Positions 1 to 10,595 are shown, counted from the stretch's first letter. The stretch is 64,000 nucleotides of DNA from Candidatus Hydrogenedentota bacterium (GCA_963668025.2 CAXXTH010000017.1:736001-800000); one strand, 5' to 3'. The notes: a model not told the origin generated them from the letters alone. Numbers and translations: made by a program.

Positions 1-226
1 TGGCGGCGCTGCCTTTGCGTCCGCCTTGGGCTTGGCCGCCCTGCCCTTTCGCACCTGTTTGGTTTTCCATGGAAATGGCCCGGCTCTGCAACTGAGGTGA
101 ATACAGCGGCATCCCGCCCAGCGACATGTCCGATGCTCCCGTATCTGCCGCTGCGGAAACGTCCAGCATCATCATGCCAGCACCCAACAGCAACATGACA
201 AACCACATGCTTTTTTTCATCATCAT
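1..226 (-). CDS. Secreted DUF2961/GH172-like glycoside hydrolase, 5' part only (runs off the window)
   Basis: Manual translation MMMKKSMWFVMLLLGAG...SRAISMENQTGAKGQGGQAQGGRKGS: a signal peptide followed by the SRxISxENxTGxKGxGG...GRKG motif typical of DUF2961 N-termini; GGGAGAGG RBS upstream. Confidence 0.6.
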   Translation of the reverse strand, partial: MMMKKSMWFVMLLLGAGMMMLDVSAAADTGASDMSLGGMPLYSPQLQSRAISMENQTGAKGQGGQAQGGRKGSAA

Positions 227-660
227 CCTCTCCCTTGTGTGTGGATAGGTTCTTGTATGAGAACCATCCAATGCTCATTTTTTACAAGCAAATTCTATAA
301 CCCCTGTGCAGTATCTTTAAGTTCTCATGCGCAAAAACGTGATGCCTGATAAACGCAATAGACCTTTCGTTATGATATGAAGGATGGGAAAATACCGCTA
401 GAACCAAAAATGGGATAATTTGTATGATTTACCGATCAGGCGGATTCCATATCTGAAGGTAAATACCCAGAAATTCAGTTTATTGAAGAGCATGAGAGGA
501 AAGCCTCACTGTGTTCTTTATGGCCAAACCATAATTAACAAAAAACACATCTTGCGGGAACTGTTTCACTTGCATGGTAAGCGCTGCTGCTGCTAAGGTG
601 TTGGCGCAGGTACGGGAAGGGTTGTTATTCGTACAAGGGGATGGATCGCCATTACGCCCT

Positions 661-2658
661 ATGAAGAACGTCTATCAGATACGCGAAGTCTCAACGCTCT
701 CCTTTAACGAGCGCGTGTTGCAAGAGGCGGAAGACGGCCGCAACCCACTTCTCGAGCGCCTGAAATTTCTCGGCATTTTCTCCTCCAACATGGATGAATT
801 TTTCAAGGTGCGCGTCGCAAGCATGCACCGGCGCATCGAGTTGGGCAAAAAAGGCATGATCGAGGTGCTCGAGATCATCGCCGATAAAGCGCGCGATCTG
901 GATGAGCGCTCCCAAGCGGCATACACGGATATCGTTTCGGCTCTCGAAGCGGAAGGCGTGAAAATCCTGGATGACCAAGATATCCGTGACCATGCCGAGA
1001 TCGCCGAGTGGCTGCATGATTATTTCCGCACGAACGTATTGCCGAGCTTGGTGCCGGTGATTGTGGGCAAGAAAATCCCCTTCCCCCAGCTCACGGACGG
1101 GGCGCTATATTTCGCCATCAAGATGTGGGCGGATAATCCCATGTACGCCATCCTCGAGATTCCGCCCGAACTGCCCCGCTTCGTCACCGTTCCAAACGGA
1201 AACATCATGTATATTGATGATGTGATCCGCCATTTCCTCAATGACATTTTCTACATATTCCACTACGAGCGCATCGCGGCGTATGAATTCAAGATTTCGA
1301 GGGATGCGGAGCTCGATATTGATAATGATTTCTCGGAAGGCTATGTCCGCAAGATGGAAAAAGTCTTGCAGCAACGAAAAGGCGGGCGGCCGACACGGAT
1401 CGTGTGCGACAATGAAATGCCCACCGGCCTCCGGCAGCTTATACAAAAAGGCCTTATGATTTCCGAAGACGACACCGTCATTAGCGGCGGGCGCTACCAC
1501 AACATGAAAGACTTAATGCGGTTTCCCGCCAACCGTCCGGATTTGTGCTTTAAGAAGCTCGAATCGGTGGAGCACCCCGTACTGGATTTCGAGCAGCTTC
1601 CCATGCTTGACACCATTCAGCAGCGGGATATCCTCATTACCTATCCGTACCAAGCTTTTGACCATTTAATCCGCCTGCTGCGCGAAGCCGCCATCGATCC
1701 GAGCGTACAGGAAATCAAAATGACGCTGTACCGCGCGGCGGCCCGCTCCCAGGTGGTGAACGCCTTATTCAACGCGGCGCGCAACGGCAAGAAGGTCTTC
1801 GTCAGCATCGAACTGCAAGCGCGGTTCGATGAACGGAACAACATCAAGATCGCCGAATTCCTCGCGGAACAAGGCGTCAATGTCGTGTATGGCGTACCGC
1901 CCATGAAAACCCATGGCAAGCTGCTTCTGATTCAACGCGAAGGCAGCCTATACGCGGGATTATCCACGGGCAACTTCAACGAAGTGACCGGGCGCTTATA
2001 TGTCGATAGCCTGTTGCTTACCGCGGACAAACGGCTCACCAATGAAGTGGCCACGGTCTTCCAATTTCTGGATGAAGCCTCGCGCATGCGTACGCTAACG
2101 CCGCCTAAGTTCAAGCATTTGCTGGTCTCTCCATTCAACTCGCGCAAGACCATCATGAAATTGCTGGCGCGCGAGATGGCGAAAAAGAAAAAAGGCTACG
2201 TCCTCATCAAGGTGAACCATCTCACGGATGAGAAGATCATCACCCGCATCCGGGAAGCGGCCAGCGCGGGAGTGCGGATGGATCTGATTGTCCGCACCAC
2301 CTACGCCATGCTGCCCCACAAAAATATCCGGGCCATCTCGATACTCGACCGCTATCTCGAGCATCAGCGGATCTATATTTTCGGGCGGGACGACGACCGC
2401 GTCGTGCTGATGAGTTCGGCGGATCTGATGGAACGCAATCTCGACTGGCGTGTTGAAGTGGCCTTCCCCATTTTTAACCGGGATTTACAGGATGAAGTCG
2501 TCCACATGATGGAGCTTCAAGTGGCGGACCAGTATAAAGCGCGCATTCTCGACGAAACGCAGTGCAATCAATATGCCGGCGAGGGTAAGGGCGAAATGGG
2601 CGCGCAAAACGCCACCTACCTGTTCTTCAAGGAAATGGCCGCCTCCATGGAATCCTGA
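661..2658 (+). CDS. ppk1: Polyphosphate kinase 1
   Basis: RE.S.LSFNERVLQEA, LERLKFLGIFSSNMDEFFKVRVA, ELQARFDE.NN, STGNFN, DRYLEH.RI, SSADLMERNLD.RVE motifs; start at 661 preferred over 574. Confidence 0.95.
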   Translation: MKNVYQIREVSTLSFNERVLQEAEDGRNPLLERLKFLGIFSSNMDEFFKVRVASMHRRIELGKKGMIEVLEIIADKARDLDERSQAAYTDIVSALEAEGVKILDDQDIRDHAEIAEWLHDYFRTNVLPSLVPVIVGKKIPFPQLTDGALYFAIKMWADNPMYAILEIPPELPRFVTVPNGNIMYIDDVIRHFLNDIFYIFHYERIAAYEFKISRDAELDIDNDFSEGYVRKMEKVLQQRKGGRPTRIVCDNEMPTGLRQLIQKGLMISEDDTVISGGRYHNMKDLMRFPANRPDLCFKKLESVEHPVLDFEQLPMLDTIQQRDILITYPYQAFDHLIRLLREAAIDPSVQEIKMTLYRAAARSQVVNALFNAARNGKKVFVSIELQARFDERNNIKIAEFLAEQGVNVVYGVPPMKTHGKLLLIQREGSLYAGLSTGNFNEVTGRLYVDSLLLTADKRLTNEVATVFQFLDEASRMRTLTPPKFKHLLVSPFNSRKTIMKLLAREMAKKKKGYVLIKVNHLTDEKIITRIREAASAGVRMDLIVRTTYAMLPHKNIRAISILDRYLEHQRIYIFGRDDDRVVLMSSADLMERNLDWRVEVAFPIFNRDLQDEVVHMMELQVADQYKARILDETQCNQYAGEGKGEMGAQNATYLFFKEMAASMES

Positions 2659-2683
2659 GTGCCAGCAAAGCCCTATTTTCATA

Positions 2684-4066
2684 TCAATAGGTCAAAAAGG
2701 CGTAGCGCAGGATCAGCGCCAAAGCGATCACATACATGATCGGATGTACTTCCCGGGGCCGGCCCGATAAAGGCTTAATGACCGCAAATGAAATGCATCC
2801 CATGGCTATGCCTTCGGTGATGGCATATCCAAAAGCCATCATCACGACAGTCAGGAAGGCTGGCAAGCTTTCCGTGAAGTCATCCCATTGCACCCGGCGC
2901 AACGGGGCCATCATGAGGTAGCCCACGACGATGAGCGCGGGAGCCACGGCGGGATACATGGCCACGAAAACGCCTGAATCAGGCCCGTAAAAAGCAGGCC
3001 CAATATCCTGGCCCACAATATGGACGATGGGGCGAAACAACAGCGCGCCTAAAAAGCATAAGCCGGTGACTATCGAAGCGAGGCCTGTCCGCGCACCCGC
3101 CGCCACGCCTGCGGCGCTCTCGATAAATGAAGTCACCGTGGAGGTGCCAAACAACGCACCCACGCACGTCGCCATGGCATCTGAAAAGAACGCCTTGCCA
3201 GACCTCGGCAAACGGCCATCTTCACCAATAAAACCCGCCTGTTTGCCCACTCCCACAAGTGTGCCAACCGTGTCAAAAAAAACAAGAAAGAAGAAGAGGC
3301 CAATCGCAATTAAAGCATTCTGCCAATTCGCAACCAGCTCCGAAAAATTGAGCGCGAAAAAGGTCTCGCCAGACCACTGGACCGGTTCGGAAGTGGCCGG
3401 GAGTATGCCCGTGAGCACGCCCAGTCCTGATGAGAACAGGATGCCAAACAAAATAGCGCCTCGGAATCGGAAAGAAAGCAGCGCCGATATGAGCAAGACG
3501 CCAATGAGCGTGATCAGGGGCGCACCCTTATGCAGGCTGCCAATCTTGACCATGGTCGAACTGCTATGCACTACAATGCCGCCCCATTGAAGCCCGATGA
3601 AGGCGATGAACAGGCCAATGCCTGGGCCGATGGCGTTTTTGAGGCATTCCGGCATCACATCAAGCAGCCGCTCCCGCGCGCCAATGAGGGTGATTAAAAC
3701 GAATAGAACCCCCGAGATGAACACGATGGCCAAACCGGCTTGCCAGGAGAAGCCCATCCCTCCCATTGCCGCCGTTCCGCAAACGGTGAACGCAAAGAGA
3801 AAATTCTCGCCCATGCCCGGCGCAAGGGCGAATGGATATCGCGATAATAATCCCATCAAAAAACAGGCGAACGCGGATGATAAGCAAGTAGCCAGCAAGA
3901 CGGAGCCAAAAGGCATGCCTGCCGCAGCCAGGATCGTCGGCTGGACAAAAACGATGTAGCTCATGGTGGCGAATGTGGTGAGGCCGCCAACGACTTCCCG
4001 GCGTATGGTCGAGCCTGATCGGCTGATCCCAAAATAGGCATCAATCCGGTGCAACACTTGAGACAT
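2684..4066 (-). CDS. NCS2/AzgA-family purine permease
   Basis: GLTTFATMSYI, PFALAPGMGEN, FFDTVGTL, GTSTVTSFIESAAG motifs; many TM segments. Confidence 0.9.
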   Translation of the reverse strand: MSQVLHRIDAYFGISRSGSTIRREVVGGLTTFATMSYIVFVQPTILAAAGMPFGSVLLATCLSSAFACFLMGLLSRYPFALAPGMGENFLFAFTVCGTAAMGGMGFSWQAGLAIVFISGVLFVLITLIGARERLLDVMPECLKNAIGPGIGLFIAFIGLQWGGIVVHSSSTMVKIGSLHKGAPLITLIGVLLISALLSFRFRGAILFGILFSSGLGVLTGILPATSEPVQWSGETFFALNFSELVANWQNALIAIGLFFFLVFFDTVGTLVGVGKQAGFIGEDGRLPRSGKAFFSDAMATCVGALFGTSTVTSFIESAAGVAAGARTGLASIVTGLCFLGALLFRPIVHIVGQDIGPAFYGPDSGVFVAMYPAVAPALIVVGYLMMAPLRRVQWDDFTESLPAFLTVVMMAFGYAITEGIAMGCISFAVIKPLSGRPREVHPIMYVIALALILRYAFLTY

Positions 4067-4230
4067 GGATTTCCCCTAAGCAAAACCGCTTTTGACGGAT
4101 ACGTGAACATAACACAATAAAGTATAGCGTTCATTACCGGATTATGTCCAAGCAACGCGCAGTATTTTTAAATTTCCATGGCTCCATTTGCTTTCAGTGG
4201 TTCAGGCCTATACTATCGTACAGGTAGAGC

Positions 4231-5265
4231 ATGCTTTGGGGAAAAATGAATGCTTCGCCTGGCGTACGGTTCAATACCCGTATGAATGGAGGTTTCGCGG
4301 TGGGAGCGGATGTACAATACTTGCAAGATATGCTGGCGCGGGCGCGCACGGAAACGGCCAAAGTGATCATTGGCCAGGATGCCGTGGTGAATATGGCGCT
4401 CACGGCTATCATGGCGAACCATCACGCCTTGATCGAGGGCGTTCCAGGCGTCGCCAAGACGTTACTGGTGCGGACGCTTGCCCATGTGCTGGGCTGCGAA
4501 TTCGCCCGCATCCAATTCACGCCCGATCTCATGCCCGCGGATATCACCGGCACTAACGTATTTAATATGCAACAAAATGCCTTTACGCTGGTGAAAGGAC
4601 CGATATTCACCACCTTTCTGCTTGCGGATGAGATCAACCGCGCACCCGCTAAAACCCAGTCGGCCCTCTTGCAGGCCATGCAGGAGCGGCAAGTCTCGAT
4701 TGATCGGGAGAGCCATCCGCTCTCGCCCAATTTTACGGTCTTCGCAACCCAGAATCCTATTGAATATGAAGGCACCTATCCCCTGCCGGAAGCGCAAAAA
4801 GACCGGTTCATGCTTAAAGTGATTATGGAATGTCCTGAACGTGAGGAAGAATTGGGCTTGGCGCGGCGGATGCTGGGAAATGATTCACCGGAGGAAGTAC
4901 TGGCCAGCGGCGCGGTGAGCGCCGTGCTTGGACCAAATGAACTGGCGGGATTGCGGCGGACCCTCCTCGAAGTGTCCGTGCGCGATGAATTGCTCGGGTA
5001 TATTGTGGATTTGGTTCGGATGACCCGCCAGGACGACCGGGTGATGGTGGGCGCTGGCCCTCGGGCCACGCAGGCGCTTGTCGCCAGTTCGCGCGTCGCG
5101 GCCATATTGGAAGGGCGGGATTTCGTCACGCCTGATGATGTGAAAGGAATGGCCGCGCCTGTGCTGGGCCACCGCCTTATACTCAGGCCCGAATACGAAA
5201 TCGAAGGGCTGGGCATAGGCGAAGTCGTGGACCATATCTTACAGGCCGTTGCCGTGCCTAGATAA
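4231..5265 (+). CDS. MoxR-family AAA+ ATPase
   Basis: LIEGVPGVAKT, RIQFTPDLMPADITG, LADEINRAPAKTQSALLQAMQE, ATQNPIEYEGTYPLPEAQ.DRF; true start may be somewhat downstream. Confidence 0.93.
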   Translation: MLWGKMNASPGVRFNTRMNGGFAVGADVQYLQDMLARARTETAKVIIGQDAVVNMALTAIMANHHALIEGVPGVAKTLLVRTLAHVLGCEFARIQFTPDLMPADITGTNVFNMQQNAFTLVKGPIFTTFLLADEINRAPAKTQSALLQAMQERQVSIDRESHPLSPNFTVFATQNPIEYEGTYPLPEAQKDRFMLKVIMECPEREEELGLARRMLGNDSPEEVLASGAVSAVLGPNELAGLRRTLLEVSVRDELLGYIVDLVRMTRQDDRVMVGAGPRATQALVASSRVAAILEGRDFVTPDDVKGMAAPVLGHRLILRPEYEIEGLGIGEVVDHILQAVAVPR

Positions 5266-5305
5266 TTGCCTTTGGCGAAGTGATGAGGTGCATCAGCGAA
5301 TACGC

Positions 5306-6655
5306 ATGAAACGTTCTTTGACGCCTTCAAATCGGTTACTGGCCATGGCTGCCATAGCGGGCATTCCGCTTGCGGGGATAGCAGGAGCGCTCCCTGGATG
5401 GGGAGCCCTTGCAAGCGCATTTGGAGTGGGGCTACTTTTTGCGATTATCATGGATGCGTTGCTTTCCCGAAATCAGCTCGAGCATGTCCAAGCATTCCTT
5501 CCCAAAATCATTCACTTAACTAAGGATAGAGAAAGCGGAATTGCGATCCACCTTCGCCATTCTCCTTCCAAAACAGTGAGGATTCAGCTTGGCCTCGACA
5601 TGCCTGTACCATTTGAAACGCTCCAAGAAGAGATTTCCGTGTCGTTTCCCGCCAATACCGAACATCTGATCGTGGAGTGGATTTGTACGCCTCGAAGCCG
5701 TGGGCGTTTTGAGCTGAACGCCGTTTATCTGGAAGCCGCGTCCTTATTTGGATTCTGGACCATACGCGCCACGAAACCCGTGGAAGCAGAGCTTCGCGTG
5801 TATCCGAATTTGTTTCAAGACCGGCAAAAACTCGCGGGATTGTTTTTGAATCGAGGTCATTTTGGTATTCATGCCCAGAGGCAAATAGGAAAAGGGCGCG
5901 AGTTTGAACAACTGCGGGATTACATCCCAGGCGATAGCTATGAAGAGATTAGCTGGAAAGCCACCGCAAAACGAGGACGGCCCATCACTAAAGTGTTCCA
6001 AATCGAACGCACGCAAGAGATCTATGTCATTATCGATGCTTCCCGGTTAAGCGCGCGAAATGCGCCCGATGCCACTTCTCTGCGGCCCTCCAGCCAATTG
6101 GAGCGCTTTCTTACTGCTGCATTAATTCTCGGATTGGCCACGGAACAACAGGGAGACTTATTTGGATTGGTAGTCTTCTCTGACTGTATCCAGCAATTTG
6201 TACGGGCGCGCACGGGCAAAACCCATTTCGGCCTTTGCCGCGACGCCTTATATCAGCTAGAGCCCGGGAAGGCCAGTCCGGATTACGGAGAATTGGCTTC
6301 TTTTCTCCGAACAAGGCTGCGGAGAAGATCCTTGCTGCTATTTCTAGCTAATCTGGACGACCCCATAGCCGCGGAAGATTTCACGCGTGTGGCGCCGTTG
6401 CTTACTCGGCAACATTTAGTGTTAGTGGATATGCCCGCACCCGCAACTATCCAGCCCCTATTCAGCCATGGCGGCGTGAAAGAGGAAGAGGACGTGTATA
6501 GCGCGCTTTCGGGGCATATGCAATGGCATGCCCTAAAACAACTGGAGCAGATTTTGCACCGGGAAGGCGCAAGCTTTTTTCTAGTCAATAACGAGAACCT
6601 GTCTGTACAGCTCGTGACGCAATATATGAATATTAAACGGAGACAATCGTTGTGA
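5306..6655 (+). CDS. DUF58 (vWA-like) MoxR partner protein
   Basis: GREFEQLRDY.PGD...ISWKATAK motif; N-terminal TM; follows MoxR. Confidence 0.88.
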   Translation: MKRSLTPSNRLLAMAAIAGIPLAGIAGALPGWGALASAFGVGLLFAIIMDALLSRNQLEHVQAFLPKIIHLTKDRESGIAIHLRHSPSKTVRIQLGLDMPVPFETLQEEISVSFPANTEHLIVEWICTPRSRGRFELNAVYLEAASLFGFWTIRATKPVEAELRVYPNLFQDRQKLAGLFLNRGHFGIHAQRQIGKGREFEQLRDYIPGDSYEEISWKATAKRGRPITKVFQIERTQEIYVIIDASRLSARNAPDATSLRPSSQLERFLTAALILGLATEQQGDLFGLVVFSDCIQQFVRARTGKTHFGLCRDALYQLEPGKASPDYGELASFLRTRLRRRSLLLFLANLDDPIAAEDFTRVAPLLTRQHLVLVDMPAPATIQPLFSHGGVKEEEDVYSALSGHMQWHALKQLEQILHREGASFFLVNNENLSVQLVTQYMNIKRRQSL

Positions 6656-7653
6656 TCATCGATCTGGAACGATTCATCCAAGCCGAACGGCCATGCTGGC
6701 AAGAGCTTGAACGCATACTTGAACGGCTTGAGGGTGATCCGGGCGCGGCGCTGGAGATGGCTGAACTTCGGCGATTCCACTACTTATATCAGCGGGCCGC
6801 CAGCGATCTTGCCCGCGCGCAAACATTCGCTTCCGAGCCAGAGCTTCAGCATTATCTGGAAGCCTTGTCCGCGCGCGCATACGGGGAAGCCCATGATGCC
6901 AGGCGGCGTGGGCATCGATTCCGTCCCATACACTGGTTTTTCCATCTGTTTCCGCAAACTTTCCGAAGACGAAAAATCGCCTTTGCCGTTTCTTTGGTGG
7001 TGACGCTTGCGGGCGTGGTATTTGGATGCGCCGCGCTGGCGCTCGATCCGGAATCGAAAGACGCACTAATCCGTATGCAGCATCTGCAAGGAAAGCCTTC
7101 AGAACGGGTGGCTCACGAGGAATCTGAAATAGACGAGAGAAATGCTGGGGAGATGTCCGCATTTAGTAGTTATCTAATCACAAACAATATTAAAGTATCG
7201 ATTCTTACCATGGGATTAGGCGTTACGTTTGGGATTGGCAGCATCATTGTTTTATTTTCGAATGGAGTCATGCTTGGCGCGGTGGCGATGGATTATCTAC
7301 TCGATGGCCAAGCCCGCTTCATGCTGGGCTGGTTGTTGCCACATGGCTCCATCGAGATCCCGGCGATAGTGCTCGCAGGCCAGGCAGGTTTTGTGATAGC
7401 AGGAGCTATGATAGGCTGGGGAGATCAGGAAAGCATGAAAGCACGCTTGCGCAAAGCAGCTCCTGATACGGTGTCTATCATCGGCGGGGTGGCCGTCATG
7501 CTGGTTTGGGCGGGAATTGTTGAAGGTTTTTTATCGCAGTACCATGAGCCCTATTTTCCATATCTGGTCAAGATCGCTTTTGGAGCAGCCGAGTTCATGT
7601 TATTGTGGATGTTTCTTGGCGTATCTGGCAGGAATAAAGAAGTAAAAGAATAG
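6652..7653 (+). CDS. SpoIIM (DUF95)-family membrane protein
   Basis: LY.RAASDLA, NNIKVS, NGVMLG, LLPHGSIEIPAI, AGIVEGF motifs. Confidence 0.85.
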   Translation: MIIDLERFIQAERPCWQELERILERLEGDPGAALEMAELRRFHYLYQRAASDLARAQTFASEPELQHYLEALSARAYGEAHDARRRGHRFRPIHWFFHLFPQTFRRRKIAFAVSLVVTLAGVVFGCAALALDPESKDALIRMQHLQGKPSERVAHEESEIDERNAGEMSAFSSYLITNNIKVSILTMGLGVTFGIGSIIVLFSNGVMLGAVAMDYLLDGQARFMLGWLLPHGSIEIPAIVLAGQAGFVIAGAMIGWGDQESMKARLRKAAPDTVSIIGGVAVMLVWAGIVEGFLSQYHEPYFPYLVKIAFGAAEFMLLWMFLGVSGRNKEVKE

Positions 7654-7688
7654 CGAAGCAGAATAATTAAAAAATGGGAGAAGCAGAA

Positions 7689-8471
7689 ATGAAGCGGTGG
7701 AATGGAAAGATAATTCTATTGGTGTTGCTTTTGGCCGTATGCGCGGGTTGCCTGCCATTTGGACAAGGAAAGTTATATCAATATTCAACTATCAATGCCT
7801 TGATGGTGGGGGTGTATGAAGGAAGCCTATCCGTGCGCGAGGCGAAAATGCGCGGCGATTTCGGCCTTGGCACCTTCAATCACCTGGATGGAGAAATGGT
7901 CCTATTGGATGGCATGATGTATCAAGTGCCTTTCGATGGAAAAGTAAAGATTATGGAAGATGGGCAATGCATTCCATTCACTGCCGTCTCTTTTTTCGAC
8001 GCCGATCAGGAAATACCCATAGCAGCAGGATTATCGTACGTGGAATTCCAAAAAGCTATTGTTGAGAGCTTTCCTTCGAAGAATGTGATTTACGCCATTC
8101 GCCTCGATGGCGTTTTCACCACCATGCACACGCGCAGCGTACCTCGCCAAGATCCCCCATATAGGCCATTATCGGAGGTTGTAAAAGAACAAAGCGAATT
8201 CACCTTTGAAAACGTACAAGGAACATTGGTGGGGTATTGGCTGCCCGCATATGTGGAAGGTATTAACGTTCCGGGGTATCATCTCCACTTTTTGACCGCG
8301 GACAGAACCGCGGGTGGGCATGTATTGGATTTTACCACCAGCGCGGGAACAGTCAAAGTAGATGCTTTATACAGCGTGGATATGGAATTGCCCAATGATC
8401 AAGCATTCTTGAATGCCGATCTGATGGGTGATACGTCGGACGATCTTGAGGATGTGGAAAAGCCGAAGTGA
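7689..8471 (+). CDS. budA: Alpha-acetolactate decarboxylase-like protein with lipoprotein-type signal
   Basis: LYQYSTINALM.GVYEG, GDFGLGTFN.LDGEM, TRSVP.Q..PY, GYHLHF, GGHVLDF; N-terminus MKRWNGKIILLVLLLAVCAGC. Confidence 0.85.
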   Translation: MKRWNGKIILLVLLLAVCAGCLPFGQGKLYQYSTINALMVGVYEGSLSVREAKMRGDFGLGTFNHLDGEMVLLDGMMYQVPFDGKVKIMEDGQCIPFTAVSFFDADQEIPIAAGLSYVEFQKAIVESFPSKNVIYAIRLDGVFTTMHTRSVPRQDPPYRPLSEVVKEQSEFTFENVQGTLVGYWLPAYVEGINVPGYHLHFLTADRTAGGHVLDFTTSAGTVKVDALYSVDMELPNDQAFLNADLMGDTSDDLEDVEKPK

Positions 8472-8490
8472 GAATGCGAGGGAAAATGGC

Positions 8491-9273
8491 ATGGCGGCCC
8501 TAACCAAACAGTTACGCATAAGCACTCCTGAAGGCGTGGAATTCAGCTTTCTGCTGGCAGGGTCGCTTTCCAGATTCATTGCTTGGGGGATAGACATAGC
8601 AATGATTCTGTTATTGTTGTCCATTTTAAGCAAGATTATACAGTTGGTCGGCCAATTTTCTGGCGGCCTGGCAATGGCTTTCAGTATTTTGGCTGGTTTT
8701 ATCATTCGAATAGGCTACGCCATTGCATTCGAGTGGATGTGGCGGGGCCAGACAGTAGGAAAACGGCTATTAAAACTCCGAGTGATTGACGAATCCGGAT
8801 TGCGGCTGCAATTCAGCCAAATAGTATTGCGCAATTTGATGAGGTTTATTGATGGCATTCCCGTATTGGGATTCGCCGGAGGTGTCGCCTGTTTCTTTTC
8901 CGCTAAGGGGCAGCGTATGGGAGATTACGCGGCAAATACCGTAGTCATTCGAGAGCCTATCATACAGGAACCCGATTTAGAGGCTTTATTCGCGGATAAA
9001 TACAATTCTTTTCGAGAACATCCCCATTTGTGCGCCCGTTTTCGACAGGTTATACCCATTTCTTTAGCCAGGATAGCCTTGCAAGCCTTAATGCGGCGGG
9101 AAGAACTGGAACCGCCCGCTAGGATAGAAGTGTTTAAGAGCATTGTAAACCAACTAGAAACCCATAGAGTATTTCCTGAGCATCTGTTAGCCACGCTTAC
9201 GGATGAGCAATACATCAGAAATTCAGTGGATGTGTTATATCGAGGCGTTGTAAGTCCAATGAAAAAGGATTAA
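8491..9273 (+). CDS. RDD-family membrane protein
   Basis: TPEGVEF..LAG..SRFIAW.ID, GQTVGKRLLKLRV, QRMGDYAANTVV. Confidence 0.88.
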   Translation: MAALTKQLRISTPEGVEFSFLLAGSLSRFIAWGIDIAMILLLLSILSKIIQLVGQFSGGLAMAFSILAGFIIRIGYAIAFEWMWRGQTVGKRLLKLRVIDESGLRLQFSQIVLRNLMRFIDGIPVLGFAGGVACFFSAKGQRMGDYAANTVVIREPIIQEPDLEALFADKYNSFREHPHLCARFRQVIPISLARIALQALMRREELEPPARIEVFKSIVNQLETHRVFPEHLLATLTDEQYIRNSVDVLYRGVVSPMKKD

Positions 9274-9288
9274 GGGAGAAAAAGCAGA

Positions 9289-9759
9289 ATGGGCAAGGAA
9301 ATTGAGCGGAAATTTTTGGTGCGTCATGATGGATGGATGGAAAGTGTAGAGAAATCATTTAAGATTACTCAAGGATATTTATGTTTTGGCCCACCTGCTT
9401 CTGTTCGTATTCGTATAAAGGATGAAAAAGCGAATTTGAACATCAAGCAATCCATTGTGGATATCGAACGCAGTGAATTTGAGTATTCGATACCATTAGA
9501 AGAAGCAAAGGAGTTAATGGGATTATGCGCGGGTGTAATAATAGAAAAGACACGCCATGAGGTGTTTTTCGAGAAAATGAAGTGGGAAATCGATGTCTTC
9601 GAAGGTAAAAATCAAGGATTAGTGCTCGCAGAGGTTGAGATGGACACAAAAGAGACAGAAATTGGCATTCCAGAATGGGCAGGAAACGAAGTTTCGGGAG
9701 ATATACGATTTTTCAATACCTACTTAGCCCAGAATCCTTATGTAAATTGGAATAAATAA
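9289..9759 (+). CDS. CYTH-domain triphosphatase
   Basis: EIERKFLV, QGYL, RSEFEYSIP, EKTR, WEIDVF, AEVE motifs. Confidence 0.9.
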   Translation: MGKEIERKFLVRHDGWMESVEKSFKITQGYLCFGPPASVRIRIKDEKANLNIKQSIVDIERSEFEYSIPLEEAKELMGLCAGVIIEKTRHEVFFEKMKWEIDVFEGKNQGLVLAEVEMDTKETEIGIPEWAGNEVSGDIRFFNTYLAQNPYVNWNK

Positions 9760-9761
9760 TA

Positions 9762-9777
9762 TGTTCCACGTGGAACA
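9762..9777. promoter_or_regulatory. parS site (ParB-binding palindrome)
   Basis: Perfect TGTTCCACGTGGAACA palindrome matching the widespread parS consensus. Confidence 0.9.
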
Positions 9778-9778
9778 A

Positions 9779-10468
9779 TCAATTCGAATCCTGGTTCTGA
9801 ATAATCGATAACCTGCCTCGCCGAAGATGTGTCTCCGTCCATCTATCCACTATATGTTCCACGTGGAACATATGGTGATCCCAACATACGGCCTCTCCTG
9901 TCTGGCACAAAAATGTGGCTCCATTCTGTATGCAAGGTTTTACGTGCTTCATAACTTTCTTTGGCTCTTCCACCGCCCTGGCCGTGATAACATTACAATT
10001 CCTTCTACATAAATCGGAAGTAAACTCTCCCTGAATGATTTCTATTCCTTTCAAGCCCAGATTGCCTGCCACTTTCCTTAAAAATCCGGTTTTTTTAAAT
10101 GATCGCTCCACACATACCACTTCCAGTTCGGGTAACGCTACCTTAATAGGGATAACTGGGAATCCTCCCCCACTCCCAATGTCCACCCATAGCGTTTTTT
10201 CCTTTACGGATTCTTTCACGTAATTTGCCAGGCTTAGAGCGTCAATAACGTGTTTCCTTACCATTTCCTTCAGGTCATTTTCTGATACCGTAGCAACCAC
10301 GGAATGCCATTCCTGTATCAAGCGTAAATGTGCCGCTATTAGCGTCTCTTCCTTTTCACTCACCATTATTCCTTCTGTACCTAAAATCTTCTTACATTCG
10401 TTCCATTCTTCCGAGTGCATTTCTTCTCTAATTACGTTTTCACACATATTCTCTTGTTCTCTTTCCAT
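9779..10468 (-). CDS. rsmG: 16S rRNA m7G527 methyltransferase RsmG (GidB)
   Basis: KHVIDAL, DIGSGGGFP.IP, VERSFKK..FL, ITARAV motifs; origin-proximal position. Confidence 0.85.
   Translation of the reverse strand: MEREQENMCENVIREEMHSEEWNECKKILGTEGIMVSEKEETLIAAHLRLIQEWHSVVATVSENDLKEMVRKHVIDALSLANYVKESVKEKTLWVDIGSGGGFPVIPIKVALPELEVVCVERSFKKTGFLRKVAGNLGLKGIEIIQGEFTSDLCRRNCNVITARAVEEPKKVMKHVKPCIQNGATFLCQTGEAVCWDHHMFHVEHIVDRWTETHLRRGRLSIIQNQDSN
9855..9870. promoter_or_regulatory. parS site inside the 3' end of rsmG
   Basis: Second perfect TGTTCCACGTGGAACA (palindrome extends over 9852-9873), encoding MFHVEH in RsmG. Confidence 0.9.
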
Positions 10469-10595
10469 ATCTTTTGCTATTCTCTCCCTTAAATTAACCT
10501 ATTTACCATTATTTTTTCATATTCCACTCTCTTTTACTGATTTCTTTTTTTTAAGTGCGCATACTAACAGGTAATCAAAAAAAGGAGAATACATT

